A DNA stretch of 64,000 nt from positions 46,934,001 to 46,998,000 of the forward strand of contig OX597823.1 in the NCBI GenBank assembly GCA_951406725.2, read 5' to 3'. Shown piece after piece: positions 41,316 through 55,819 of the stretch. Source of the DNA: Octopus vulgaris (lineage: Eukaryota). Within the stretch, counting starts at the first letter, position 1. Each line of letters opens with the position of its first letter. The notes under the pieces are model-generated. The model did no database searches. It was not told the DNA's origin and worked only from the letters and a program-made list of their open reading frames with translations. The translations under genes and the position numbers were made by a program.

Positions 41316-41900
41316 GGTGGCGAGCTGGCAGAATTGTTAGCACGCCAGGCGAAATGCGTAGCGGTATTTCGTCTGCCGTTACGTTCTGAGTTCAAATTCC
41401 GCCAAGGTCGACTTTGCCTTTCATCCTTTTGGGATCGATTAAATGCGTACCAGTTATGCACTGGGGTCGATATAATCGACTTAATCCGTTTGTCTGTCCT
41501 TGTTTGTCCTCTCTGTGTTTAGCCCCTTGTGGGTAGTAAAGAAGTAGGTATTTCGTCTGCCACTACGTCCTGAGTTCAAAATCCACCGAGGTCAACTTTG
41601 CCTTTCATCCCTTCGGCATCGATGAAGTAAGTACCAGTTACGCACTGGGGTCGATATAATCGACTTAATCCGTTTGTATGTCCTTGTTTGTACTCTTTGT
41701 GCTTAGCCCCTTGTGGGTAGTAAAGAAATAGGTTTTTCGTATACCGCTACGTTCTGAGTTCAAATTCAACTGAGGTCGACTTAGCCTTTTATCTTTTCGG
41801 GGTCGATAAATTAAGTACCAGTTGAGTACTGGAGCCGATGTAATCCACATGCCTCTCCCCAAAAATGTCAGCCCTTGTACCTATAGCAAAAAGGATTATT
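41316..41900 (+). mobile_element. SINE family B trimer
   Basis: One head followed by three bodies joined at GAA(A/G)TAG|GT(A/T)TTTCG. Confidence 0.9.
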
Positions 41901-42364
41901 CTAACCTTTCATTTGCTAGTTTTTCTAAATTTATCTCTTAATCCAGTTAAAAGTGTTTTTTGTTTCTTTTTTCTGGCACTTTTTTTGTAATCCTTTTGGT
42001 ATACTATTACGTTAACACATTTATGATTACTGTTGAATATTAGGAAAATTTTAAAGCTGTTTGAGTGTGATTTTTACTGTCAAACTGATTAAGGGTATAT
42101 CAATTGTGAATAATGTTCGTAGATTAGAAACATTTGTGTTTATTTCAGTGAGATCGTGTTTTCGTATCATAGATTCTTTAGGGTTTGTTTGTGTATGAGG
42201 TGTATGTTGCATGTGTATGTGTGTGCGTGCGAATTTAGGTTTCATGTATATCATGGTCAATTGATTATGGTTCAATTATTTTTAATATGTGTATATATAC
42301 ATATTGTGCGTGTGATGTGGTGTGTGTGTGTGTGTAAGGGGAAATGGAGAGACGTTGTTCTAAT

Positions 42365-42986
42365 ATTGATTTCAAATTTTCGCAGAAGGCCAGCACCTTC
42401 GCGAGGCGGGGGGGGGGGAATAAATCGATTACATCGACTTCCAGTATTCAACTGGAACTTATTTTATCGACCCCGAATGGATGACAGGTAAAGTCGACCC
42501 ACGGGATTTGAACTTAGAGCGTAAAAACAGACGAAATGCCGCAAAGCATTTTTGCCTAGCATGCTAACGATTCTTATTTCTTTATTGCCCACAAGGGGCT
42601 AAACATAGAGGGAACAAACAAGGACAAAGGGCTTAAAATCGATTACATCGGCCCCAGTGCGTAACTGGTACTTAATTTATCGACCCCGAAAGGATGAAAG
42701 GCAAAGTCGACCTCGGCGGAATTTTAACTCAGAACGTAACGGCAGGCGGAATACCTATTTCTTTACTACCCACAAGGGGCTAAACACAAAGAGGACAAAC
42801 AAGAACAGACAAACGAATTAAGTCGATTATATCGACCCTAGTGCGTAAATAGTACTTAATTTATCGACCCCGAAAGGGTGAAAGGCAAAGACGACCTCGG
42901 CGGAATTTGAACTCAGAACGTAGCGGCAGGCGAAATACCGCTAAGCATTTCACCCGGCGTGCTAACGATTCTACCAGTTCGCCTCT
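42365..42986 (-). mobile_element. SINE family B multimer (3 units)
   Basis: Family B blocks; junction at 42748-42761. Confidence 0.9.
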
Positions 42987-43849
42987 TTACGCTATTGTAA
43001 AATTGATCACTCTGTTACTAAATATGTGTGTAGCGTATATGTGTGTAGCATATGTGTGTAGCGTATATGTGTGTAGCATATATGTGTGCGTGTATGGATG
43101 TATGCATATGTAATGCTACATAAGCCAAGCAAAAACGAAGAGACATTTGAAATGATATGAAAATATACAAAGTAAAATTAAAATGAATTCATTTTCGCCT
43201 CTGGATACGAAGTCTATGTTTCTGGTAGCCAGCTTCTCATAAGAATATTAAATTTCAACTCTACCACTAATCAACTGTATATTGAACCCAGTTTAACTTT
43301 GTTATATCTCTTATAATTTTCTTCTCTTCCTCCTCTGTTTTTTTTCTTCTTTTCCTCCCACTTTCTGACTATTCGTTATTACCCTTCCTTCTTTTTCTTT
43401 TATTCTCTATTTTTGTCTGCTTCTTCCTCAACCTCTCTCTGTAAACTCATACATTAGTTATGAATTTTCTATATTCCCAAAACCAGATGAAAATATTTAT
43501 ATTGGTGAGTTGCGCCCCTTATGTTTCCATCATATTTTCCGGAAGCCTCATTTATTTAAAATTTTCTGAAACAATCGTTCTTAATAATGTTTCCTATAGT
43601 AGTTAAACTAATTAATAATTTGCCTGAAACTCAGAGTTTCACACATATTAATCATTAATTAGACACTTAGACACCAGGCCAGGAATCGAAAAGCTGCAAT
43701 CCGAAGACTTGATTTACATTTGTAACGTTGCATACAACTTTTTCTGCTTTCCTTATCTATTCAGAATCATAGAATCAAAATGAATGTTATCCCTCTGAGA
43801 TCAGTGAGAGAGAAGAGACAGAGAGAGAGAGTGAAAGACACGGTTGCTA

Positions 43850-44990
43850 TTGTTCCTGAAAAGTTGAAAATCGATGGGTGCATTAAAACTATGTGAAAAT
43901 AGGGAATTTAAGACGACTTACTCTTGGAGAAGCAATGACTAGCCGTCATAGAGATTAGTGAAGTGTTTTGAACTTTTGGACACAGTTTGGATGACGAAAA
44001 GAGAAGAAATGATTGTGTTAGGAGTGACTGAGGGACAAGTGGCATGGCACCATGTAGCTTCAATGAGCAGAGGCCACATTAATGGCAGCAGAAAAAACTG
44101 AAAGGAGAGTCAGTGTGTCACAAGTGTATTTTCTTTAGATGTGGTTTGGATGTCTGCGCACGTGTGTAGAAGCAGCACCATCTTGACATCGGTGTGGTGC
44201 TCTCCTATAGCCCACACTAAGGTTTTTAGTGTTTTTAGTATTTTCATGTTTTTAAGAGAAAACCGTCTTTGTAATGCAATTCTGCTATGTTAATGATGTG
44301 CGTTTCATCAGGAGAGAGTTTCAGTAACGGTGAATGTTAGCATTTTTAGAGACCATGAGGGTTCTAGTCTATATTTTGAGATGAGTGCAACATTTTCGTG
44401 ATGTGTGATGAGATTTATCATTGTACCTTTGAAGAGGATAAGATCGGCATGTTATCGAGTTCTCTTGTCATAGCACATTATATTTAGAAGAGAATGGATG
44501 AAAACCAAACCTAGGAACAAACAAATTGATAGAGCTAAGTTCAGCGAAAACTTCTTCAGTATACACAGCAATAAAGTAATCTGACAGAAGCCATGGATCA
44601 ATGAAATGAGAGATAGATGGAGTCTATAGAAATGGGCGAATACTTTTTTCATGTCAGTTGTAAAAACACTACTTTTACAAATAGATGAAGAGTTTAGCGT
44701 GGATAAGGATTACTCTGGGAAGTATTATCCAGAGTAACGAAATGGGTTTAATCAGTCACAGTGATCTGGCTTCAAGCGAGAAGGCTTTTCTCACTTGGCG
44801 AGTATGTGTACGTGGTGATGAGCTAAGGAAGGGGATAACTGATACTTCAGGGGAATATTTACTGAACGAATGCAGTATGTTTTAATGCAAAGAGGGTAGC
44901 AAATTTAGGAGCATTTTCCTCGGAGACTCTACTTACAGAACGTTGATGGTTGAGAAGTAAAGAGAGAGAGGATGGGTTCCAAAAGATTCA
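43850..44990 (-). mobile_element. CR1/L2-group LINE ORF2 3' remnant, highly degenerate
   Basis: Scattered peptide remnants (GLCSL, PHRCQDGAA, HLSLISLIHGF, NSL...FQLFR) in the order expected for CR1 ORF2. Confidence 0.5.
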
Positions 44991-45018
44991 TAGAGATTAC
45001 TTTAAACAAAGACGTATG

Positions 45019-45855
<837 letters not shown>

Positions 45856-45898
45856 ATGTGTATATATATATATATGTACATATATATATATGTGTATG

Positions 45899-45929
<31 letters not shown>

Positions 45930-45967
45930 GTGTGTGTATATATATATATATGTAGCTAGCTCGCTAA

Positions 45968-46029
<62 letters not shown>

Positions 46030-46299
46030 GTGTAGCAGTTCTTCTGCTGGTCATGTAACGACTAGAAAGAAGCTCACGGAACGCTCGCCAGTTTTACAGT
46101 TCTTGTGATGATCGCAGTAATATCTAAAGCATCGTATAACGAGGTGGCTAACTCATTGAAACATAAGTATCGTGAATATCGATCTGGGGCATAGAGAGCC
46201 AAGGACAGATCAATTTACTGGAGCTCCCTACCACCACCTAAAATAAATCTTCACCGCCTACTTGAGATTTGACCGGAGAGGGACTTGAAAGTGCTCTTG

Positions 46300-47800
46300 T
46301 TTCGTCTTGTCGAATTTCTCTCGGTTTCCCTGGTCATGAATACAGAACATTTTCCATAACAGGATACAATCTACAGTTTTTCAGTCCTTTATTGATTTCA
46401 ATAGATTCCACTTAAACTGTTACAAAATTAATTAGATATATAATTCAATTGTAAAAAGGAATTACAGTTTACTCAAATCTTTAGGTTTCACTAGAATTTA
46501 TTCCACTGGCTTGGAAAGAAGTTTTCTGAAATACTTTCATGAGTGGTGGTTCAGGATCAGACTTAATTTTATATATGCATCCGAAAATAAATCTCACATC
46601 GTACGTTGCTTTCAGATGCAAGAGAAACTGTCGCAATACCGCTACAAAATATATTCTACGTCGTCAGTATCTCTTTTGAGCGAGGATGGAAAAGGACATT
46701 TCAGAGTTATATTTCAATGCCTTTGACAGTATACGAACTGCATACCTTTAGGCTAGTAATCTGCTACTCCATCGACTCGACAGTCTGTGTTTTCTCGTAG
46801 CACTAATTATAGGGGGGTAATATCTGCTTTATTCAGATAGTTACAATGGAAGCAGTCATGGAGAAAATATGATCTAAATAATATTTGATGAATGTCTGTG
46901 TTGGTAGCAGTTTTATGGGAAAGAGAAGAAAATGAGGTTTGATATTGCGAGTAGGTAAAGGGTGGGAATAGTGATGACAACCTATTGTTTACAAAAATAA
47001 AGTAAAGAGTTTATTGAAAGGATGGGAAAAAAACATAAAAGATATTCTAATTTAGTATTTAACGAGATTAAAGTAATTAATATAAAATCGACGAAACTGA
47101 TATTAAAATTGTCTTATAAAAGAAATCCATTACTAAAATATCCTTTCAAGAGCTTCAGGGTTTAAAGGTCAGTTTTGGAAGGGTAAACAAGCAATCAAAA
47201 AGCTATCATTTTTTTTTCTTTGGCGCAGGGAAGTAACAAAATCCTTGGAGAAAATATTACAGTCGGTTAATCGACGATGAGAGAAACTACTGACTGTACA
47301 CAGTGGTGTGAAGCGGGAGTATTGTTATTGAGAAGGGTAATGTAATATAACTATGCTAACATGGGGATGAGAGTTCAAATCTATTCATGATCTAATATAA
47401 TTTTTTGTTTTCTTCTCGAGGAAAAAATATTAAAAATTACACTACTCTTGGTCAAAATATCTCCACTTTATGACAATCAATAAAACTAAAAGGCAGAACT
47501 GTTCTTAATTATTGGAATCACCTTAAAACATTGAAACTTTTATTCACTTCAACGCCGCCATGAGCGCTACATCATTTGCACAAGACTATACCACCATCAT
47601 TGCCCAAACGACCTTACCATTAGATTCAGAATTCATACAAAGCTGGGGCCACGTGCCGTTTTTTCCCCTACATAATTCAGGCTCGAGAAAATATAAAGTC
47701 ACTGCAACATAATTTCTTTTCAACAAGAGGTGGTCCTCAAACGGTCGTTTTAAAAATTATATAAGTAAAGACTTTAGAACATTCTTTGCTAATGCTCAAG
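46300..47800 (-). mobile_element. Possible ancient LINE RT remnant
   Basis: Only weak peptide hints (KVIPIIK, DTDDV); mostly unreadable. Confidence 0.25.
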
Positions 47801-47849
47801 GAGCTTGGAAAACACAGCATTCACAATTTTGTTTGGCACAAATATAAAT

Positions 47850-48320
47850 AATCCTTCCTTCTGTAGGCACAAGGACTGAAGTTTTGGTGGTAGGGGTCTT
47901 TAGTTGATTACATCGATCCCAGTGCTTAAATTGTACTTATATCTATTTCTTTACTACCCACAAGGGGCTAAACATAGAGGGGACAAACAAGGACAGACAC
48001 ACGGATTAAGTCGATTAGATCGACCCCAGTGGGTAACTGGTACTTAATTTATCGACTCCGAAAGGATGAAAGGCAAAGTCGACCTCGGCGGAATTTGAAC
48101 TCAGAACGTAACGGCAGGCGAAATACGGCTACGCATTTCACCCGGCGCGCTAATGTTTCTGCCAGCTCACCGCCTTAATTGTACTTTTATCATCGACCCT
48201 GAAAGGATGAAAAGCAAAGTCAACCTCGGAGGAATTTGAACTCAGAACGTAAAGACTGGCAAGATGCCGGTAAGCATTTTGTCGTAAATGCCGCTAAGCA
48301 TTTTGCGCTAGTTCGCCACG
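47850..48320 (-). mobile_element. Full-length SINE B (47940-48176) nested in an older SINE B with ~10-bp TSD
   Basis: AATTGTACTT at 47929-47938 and 48177-48186. Confidence 0.85.
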
Positions 48321-48739
48321 TTAGTTACAAGTATGAATAATAAAACAAGGTAAGCGATAGTTTTAAATATTAATCTATATTTTAAACATTAAACAGTTTT
48401 GTGTGCTAGAAATTTCAATTAATTTTCTATGTACTGAGAAGCTAAAATGATTATGAAACACTGATATAAAGGAAGCTTCATGTTGTTGGTTTGTCTTCTG
48501 TAAACCTTAATTGGGAAGCTCTGTAATCAAAGACGTTGCAGTCATTGCCATCTCAACATTGTGTCTCAGGCAGCGAGCATGTAAGACGCAAAGAAAACTA
48601 CAGCCGTCACTCGAAATCGAGGATACTTTTAGGAGTATGTGCCAGACTTTTGCCAATTGCTTCATGGAGCTCGTGTAATCGCGAGCAAACTTGAGTACCT
48701 TCTGGGCCTTAACTCACGTGATCCTGTGGAACATTCGAG

Positions 48740-49145
48740 ACACGACAGCTGGAGGAAGATACTATTTTGCCAGTTGTTGTTTCCAAAAGAATGTAAAGCA
48801 AAATTGACTCACGTAGAATTTGAACCCAGATCGTGGAGAGCCGGAACAAATATATTATAAAGCATTTCATCCGATGCTCTAATCGACGGCATTGCATCCA
48901 GAACGACAATATCTTAACTTGTCCTTTTAAAATCGGTGAGCTGGCAGGGTCTATGGGATGCCGAGTAAAATGCATATCGGCATTTCATTTATCACGTTCT
49001 GAGTTCAAATTCTGCCGAGGTCGAATTTGCATTTCGTCATTTTCTGAGATCGATAAAACAAATGACCAGTTGAGAACTGGGGCCGATGTAATCGACTTAC
49101 CTGTTTCCCCGAAATTGCTGAACTTAAGCCCAAAATTTGAAACCT
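48740..49145. mobile_element. Head-to-head pair of diverged SINE B copies
   Basis: 48740-48900 minus, 48933-49145 plus. Confidence 0.65.
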
Positions 49146-49827
49146 ATCTTATTTAATCTTCTTTCAAGGCGGAAGCGTGTGCTTTGGGAGAAATTTAGTA
49201 GCCGTTTCTAGTAGGTGAAGCGACGACACGTCTGTCTTGTTAGCCTATTTTGTTAGCTTATTTTGTTAGCCTATTTCTACAACCATCTTGACTAGTTCGG
49301 AGGTCTGTGCCAGTGAGACCTGAGTGTCTTTGCAATGGAAAGAGACAGCAAGGACCGTAACGAAATACGAATCGTTGCACTTGCCCAGCAGCGACTAAAT
49401 AAATACAGGTGACACAATGACGTTCAAAAAAGAAAAAAAAAATTAATAAAACCCGTCTCAAATGAAATTGCATTTCAACTTTCTAATATATTAGTCTATA
49501 TATATTGTTATGGGGGGATATATATTTATATTGGCGTTCGTTCTAGTGCCATTAGACGAAGTGTAGCGAAACCAAATATGCTAGTTCTACTAGAAATTTC
49601 GATATAAATAATAAAGACTTCACTTTCACTGTTGCTGCTGCTGATGATGATGCTGATGCTGATGATGATGGTGATGGTGATGCTGCTCCATGTAGCGTGA
49701 AAGAAAATGCCGATGTTGCTTTATTAGTTTGTTCTCTGATACCAGTAGCAAATAGTGAAATTGTAATGTACAATAGCGCTGGATGTAGTTTATAATATGA
49801 CGAAGAAATATCTCATTACATTGACAG

Positions 49828-49910
49828 GAACAGCAGCAGCAGCAGCAACAACAACAATAGCAGTAGTAGCAGCGGTAGCAACGGCGGCGGTAGTACTAAC
49901 AGCAGCAGCT

Positions 49911-49972
<62 letters not shown>

Positions 49973-50122
49973 CGTAGTAGTAGTAGTAGTGGTGGTGGTG
50001 GTGGTGGTGGTGGTAGTAGTAGTGGGTGGCGGCGGAGGCGGTGGAAGAGGAGGAGGAGAAAGAGACGGAAGAGGAGGAAGCGGAGGACGAGACGGAAGAA
50101 GAAGAAGAAGAAGAAGAAGAAG
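49828..50122. repeat. Compound trinucleotide tract (GCA)(ACA)(GTA)(GTG)(GGC)(GGA)(GAA)
   Basis: Direct inspection. Confidence 0.95.
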
Positions 50123-50967
50123 TTATTTAGCCCCATTCGACCTTGCTCGAGCAGGCCCATGACCCAAGGCCTTCCCAGCTGCGACAACCCTTATTTATTT
50201 ATTTATTTATTTATCTATTTATTTTCAGGTTTATTATATCCCAGACTCCATTATCCAATATGTCCTATTTTTAAAGACTTGCAGTGTACGTATGATGATA
50301 TGATGAGAGATTATTCGACTGCTGCTGTTTCTTGTGACTAGGTCGAGCAAACCACGTAGCAGCGGCGACGGCGGCAGCAATGGCGACGACAGTGATGGCG
50401 GCGGCGGCGGAGACTGCGACGGCGGCGGCGGCGGCTGCAGTAGCAGCATTAGGCTGTGTTTGAAGTACTATGGCCCAGGCATCAATAATTGAACTTTTGT
50501 AATTAAACTGTAACTGGCAGCTGATAGAGAATGTCTTCTATAATTTATCGTAGTTTCAGCGTCTGGCGAGATGCTAGACATGGAAAGAGTGTCTCACTGT
50601 GCTGTAGTTGTTACAGTATTTCAGAATGGTTATTGCTTCCATTCTTTGCCTTTCTGCCATGTAATATTTGGTCAGTTCGTCTTTTACCACCGTACTACTT
50701 GTCAATGGTAGTTGGCATCGCGACCATGTTGACACGAGTTCGATGCTACTAATGTATGGGCAATGATGTCTTATGGCTAGAATTTGGCAGACGGAAACTA
50801 TACAGAAACCCTCTGCGTGCATATGTGTGTGTGTGTGTATGTGTGTGTGTGTGTGCATATATATTCTTTTATTCTTTTTCTTATTTCAGTCAGTTGACTT
50901 CGGCCGTGCTGGAGCACCGCCTTTAGTCGAACAAATCGACCCCAGGACTTATACTTTGTAACCCTAG

Positions 50968-51791
50968 TATGTATGTATGTATGTATGTATGTATGTATGT
51001 ATGTATGTATGTATGTATGTATCTATGTATGTATGCATGTATGTATGTATGTATGTATGTGTGTATATATGTATGTATGTTTGTATATTTGCATCTATGT
51101 ACAGATTTGTATGTATGTATGTATGTATGTATGGTAACATTAAGCTCATGACTGAGTAAGACCATTTACTAAACTCAGTAAGCCCGCGAAAACGTCTCGA
51201 GAGTCGAAGACGTTTCTGTGCATGAATTCGTTTTAAGCGGATAAATTTTTGCCGAACGCCTGTCAAGTGATGGTGAAGGAACAATATACATGATTACATA
51301 CACAAACATATACAAATATACATACATATATACGTCCTTCTCTCTCTTTCCCTCTATCTCAGTTTTCCTCCTTCTAGAAGATAAACTCGCAGGTTAAATT
51401 CGTTTAAAAAAAACTTGATGAGCAATTAGTTTCTGGTCATCTAAACCTCTGCTGTGCCGCTGGTTATATAGTTGGTTGCGCTGAAAGTAGGTTCGATGTT
51501 GTGCAAAAATTTATCCTCTTAAAACGAATTCATGCGCAGAAACGTCTTCGACTCTCGAGACGTTTTCGCGGGCTTACTGAGTTTAGTAAATGGTCTTACA
51601 CAGTCATAAGTTTAATTTCACCATACATACATACATACATACATACATACATACATACATACATACATACATACATACATACATACATACATAAAACATA
51701 CAAATCTGTACATAGATGCAAGCATACAAACATAAATACATACATACATACATACATACATACATACATACATACATACATACATACATAC
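50968..51791. repeat. Long inverted repeat: ~285-bp arms, 250-bp spacer
   Basis: Unique core 51132-51252 vs 51503-51623 differs at about 7 of ~121 positions; mirror continues through the flanking (TATG)n. Confidence 0.92.
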
Positions 51792-53156
51792 AAAAATACC
51801 CTGTTGTTGATGTTGAAATTCCATTGAAGGAGGCTTAGATCTAGTTAGAAACCGATTCTTTCTCTATTGGCAAGAAATCTTGAAATAAACAGAATAATGA
51901 CATACATACATGCATACATACATACACACATACATATATGCATACATACATACACACACACATACATACATACATACATACATACATACATACATACATA
52001 CATACATACGTATGTATGTATTTTTGTTCCCTTCTTTTTTATTTTAGAGTAAATTTTGACCTGCCACCTACATCGTAGCAAGGTTCTGAAGGAAAGTATC
52101 TAGGTTTAACCATCATCCTTTAAATCCCAAGAAAGTCTTGCAGATGTTTATACTCCCAGATATCGAGATCATTTGTAGCATATGAATGAAGGATTTGTAT
52201 GTATGTATGTATGTATGTATGTATGTATGTATGTATGTATGTATGTATGTATGTATGTATGTATGTATGTATGTATCCATGTATGTATGGATACACACGC
52301 ACACACACTTGTGTGATTTGCTCAGGAACGTCGCAATTTAAATTGACTGGAATTAATTAAATATTAAATACAATGGTGAGAAAAATCTTTAACACTATCG
52401 CAGTAACTCAAGATATGTTCTGGTCGTAATACACCTCATGAGAGAAGCATGGAAACTGCAACTTGAAAATCTTAGAATGACTACAGAAAATATAAGATTT
52501 TAGTGAACGAACACAGAAGGCGTGATAACTGAAAGAAATAAGTGACAGAAATTATTTAGGAATATCTGATACCTAAAACCTTTATAATCTTGGACATAAT
52601 GACTGTTTTCATTACTAGTCATACCTTAAATTAATTAACAAATAATAAAATTACTACATGTATTCTATCACCCACTTTGTTATTAAGCCTTCAAGCAGCA
52701 AGTATATTTGGGTATTTCTATAATCAAATCATGAAACCCTCGTTAGTCTGTGTTTCACTACTGAGGTGCAATAAATCTGAAATATACCCAGAGTTGTCAC
52801 CATAATGCTGAAGAGCAGATACACCATCTGCTATCTAATGTATTCTAATAAAAACACTAGGCAACAAAATTTTTGCTACTATTAGACGAAATGGTACTCA
52901 TATGTAATTTGGGAGCGCTGGTTCCGAATCTGCAATCATTTTTGCTCTAGCACGTCACGTTTTTGCGCTATCATTATTATACTGCTATCAAAATTACAAT
53001 AATGTAAAAATTCATGACAAATAAAATGAATGTTATGTTAAGCGTAAATTACCTTTATTTGATATAAGAACAATAGCAACTAGATGGACAAGTAGCTCTA
53101 AAACCAATAAAACACTTAACAAAATTGTAAAGTGAAAAATTATTAATTTTATGTTT

Positions 53157-54850
53157 TTAAAAATAGCTTTGGAGTCTTCTTTTACGCTTACGTTGTATGT
53201 CCGTTACTCGTTTTAAAAACCAGCAGTAGTCAGTCAGCATGTTTGGCGTAAGTCTGCCACTGTAACAGCTTTCTAGCTCTTTGATTTCTTGATGAAATTG
53301 TTCATCATGCTCATCGCTTATGTCACCCATATTGGGTGGAAAAAAGTCAAGATGAGAGTGGAGAATATGGATTTTTAAAGACATTCTTGCTCCAAGTTGC
53401 TTTTAAGCTTTCAAAAAATCATTCACAATCGCAACGTAGTTAGATGATTTTTCATTTCCCCAAAAATCTTTTCCAGAGAAACAAACTTTTCCCAAGCAGT
53501 TTTTTTCCCTCTAGTGGGCTTAAGTTTTCTTGAAAAAGCTTATCACAAATCAGTGTACGAATTTCTGGTCCATTAAAAATACCAGCTTTGATCTCAGCTT
53601 CACTCTTGCTAAAAACAAATTTTTCACTGAGATATTTGAATCCTTCACCGTCTTCATTCATGGCCTTAACAAAATTCTTAAACAAACCAAGTTTAATGTG
53701 TAAGACGGTAGAAAGGTAAATTTTCTGAGAGTCAACTAAAAGGATATATTCAACGTTGTATCTCCCTGGAATGAAATCACTTCGCTTTGGCCACTCTTTT
53801 TGATCATAGTGACGCTTGTCATCTTTGCTATTCCAAAGGCACAAAACGCACTGATGCTCTGTATACCCCATTTGCAACCCAAGAAGCAAACCAATGACTT
53901 TCAAGTCACCGCATATATTCCACTTGTGCTGAGACTATTTAATCAAATGCAAAATTTTATCCATTTTTTCATAAGTTTCCTTTAATCCTACAGCTTATGC
54001 TAGTGGTATTGAAGGTCTTTGATTGCCATTATGCAGCAAAACAGCTTTTAGGCTTGCTTTGCTAGAATCTATGAACAGTCTCCATTCTTCAGGATTATGG
54101 CCGTACCACATCTCGCGTAGGAGTCCTTCAACATCACAACAAAAACAAATACCATCTTTCTCCGTAAAAAAATTCATGCAATTCTGTTTGCGGTTTTCGA
54201 AAATATAAGCATTTTACACCATCGTGCAAAAGATTCCATTGTTTCAGCCTGGAGCCCAGTAGTTCTGACTTTTCTTTTGTTAAATCCAAGTCTTTAACTA
54301 AATCATTAAACCCAAGTTGACTTAATAAATGCGGAACTTTTTTTGAAGATCTTGGTTCATCTCAGTGATCTACTGTATCACTCGGCACGCCTTCAATTAA
54401 AGTAAATGCAGTACTTTCTTCACTTAAACTGTCTTTGTCAAAAGATGGAGGAGGTTCTGGAATTGGAATATTTTCAGCAGCATGAGCAACTGGTTTTAAA
54501 GCTGAAGGGCAATCTGGATAAACAATCTTGGGTTTGTTCTTCTTAGCGAAACTTGTGATGTTTGTTAAGCAGAAATAACAAACGGTATAGTGGTCTGTTG
54601 ATCCGTGTCATATGATTTTCCGTTTTCCACTTAGCCATTGGGTTAATGCTGTGTAGCAGTATTTGCAACAAACATTAAGGCGCCCCCAATTTATCTTGGT
54701 CTCCAACTTTGCACCCAAAGTAATGCTTGTAAGCATTTTAAAAGTTCTTTCTAAGCTTATTTCTCTGATCCTTTGTCGTAAATTTTCCACACAGGTAACA
54801 AAAGCTGTCCGGATGATTAATACAAACCTTTCTGCTCATCGTAAATACAT
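53157..54850 (-). pseudogene. Chapaev3-type transposase pseudogene
   Basis: CCKYCYTALTQWLSG, TDHYTVCYFCL, WRLFIDSSKASLKAVLLHNGN, DLKVIGLLLGLQMGYT, LHIKLGLFKNFVKAM, MSLKIHILHSHLDFFP...FHQEI...DYCW; split by frameshifts and stops. Confidence 0.88.
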
Positions 54851-55326
54851 ACAGTAATAACCTAAAGCAACACTCAAGGAAGCCTATCAGTAACCGAAAA
54901 TATAAAATTAATCAACTGTAAATGTTACTGTAAAACATCAAAATATATTTCTCAATGGCTATCAAGAAACAATATTTTCCATCTCTAAATTTTAAACATT
55001 GATCACTTTAATAAATAACTAAACTTACCACTAAACTACTGTTCATATAACCTGGCTCTCTTATTTGATGTCCTTTGTTTTAACAGCACTAGCAGTTATC
55101 AAGAAAAGGGAGTCTGAGTGGCTTACTATAACCTAATATCAATAGCCTACTGTGAGGAGAACTTAACAATAATTACAGCGATAACAAAGTAAAATAAATT
55201 CTAATCTTGTGTGGCAATTTAACAGGTAGCGTACATTTCCCTCTACATGAATGAAAATCGTATGGTGAATATATAAATAAAAATCGAAGGCAAATAGCCT
55301 ACTACTGTCAATATTATCCATTGGCT

Positions 55327-55458
55327 AATTCCACCAAGGTCGAGATTGCCTTTTATCCTTTCGGGGTTGATAAATTAAGTACCAGTTGCGTGCTGGGTCG
55401 ATCTAATCGACTGGCCCCCTCCCGCAAAATTTCGGGCCGTGTGCCTTGAGTAGAAAAG
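55327..55458 (+). mobile_element. 5'-truncated SINE B with perfect 17-bp TSD inside the Chapaev3 element
   Basis: AATATTATCCATTGGCT at 55310-55326 and 55459-55475. Confidence 0.92.
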
Positions 55459-55819
55459 AATATTATCCATTGGCTGGAAAATTTGAAGCTGTGAATAAAT
55501 AAAAAAAAAACTACAAGTGCTGTCTGAAAACTGATGTCAGATTCGGATCCGGCACCGTAAAATTACCCTTAATCAGCTGAAAAAGTTTAAATATCATGAC
55601 AAAATACATATATATATATATATATATATATTTACCCAGTGTAATTAATCAAAATCAGTGCAATTAATCAAATACGTTACTGCCTACTTGATTATAGAAT
55701 TTCCTTACTGCTGGCGTCCCTCGATATTTCACACCACACGCATGCACACGCGCGTGCGCACACACACTAACACACACACAGACACACACACACACACACA
55801 CACACACATGCACACGCAT

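Larger units (their letters stand above)
52855..55641 (-). mobile_element. Chapaev3-like (CMC) DNA transposon, full span
   Basis: Termini CACTAGGCAA.../...TTACCCAGTG; subterminal inverted TCCGAATCTG/CAGATTCGGA; internal transposase remnant. Confidence 0.8.

Noticed and set aside
49238-49277. 14-bp unit repeated three times (TTGTTAGCCTATTT)
   Set aside because: Ordinary slippage duplication
49797-50162. Poly-Ala/Val/Gly/Arg ORF resembling a membrane protein
   Set aside because: Compound triplet repeat ending in an interspersed repeat
50964-51827. Duplicated peptide QKFIxLKRIHAQKRLRLSRRFRGLTEFSKWSY on both strands
   Set aside because: Trivial consequence of the inverted repeat; runs into microsatellite
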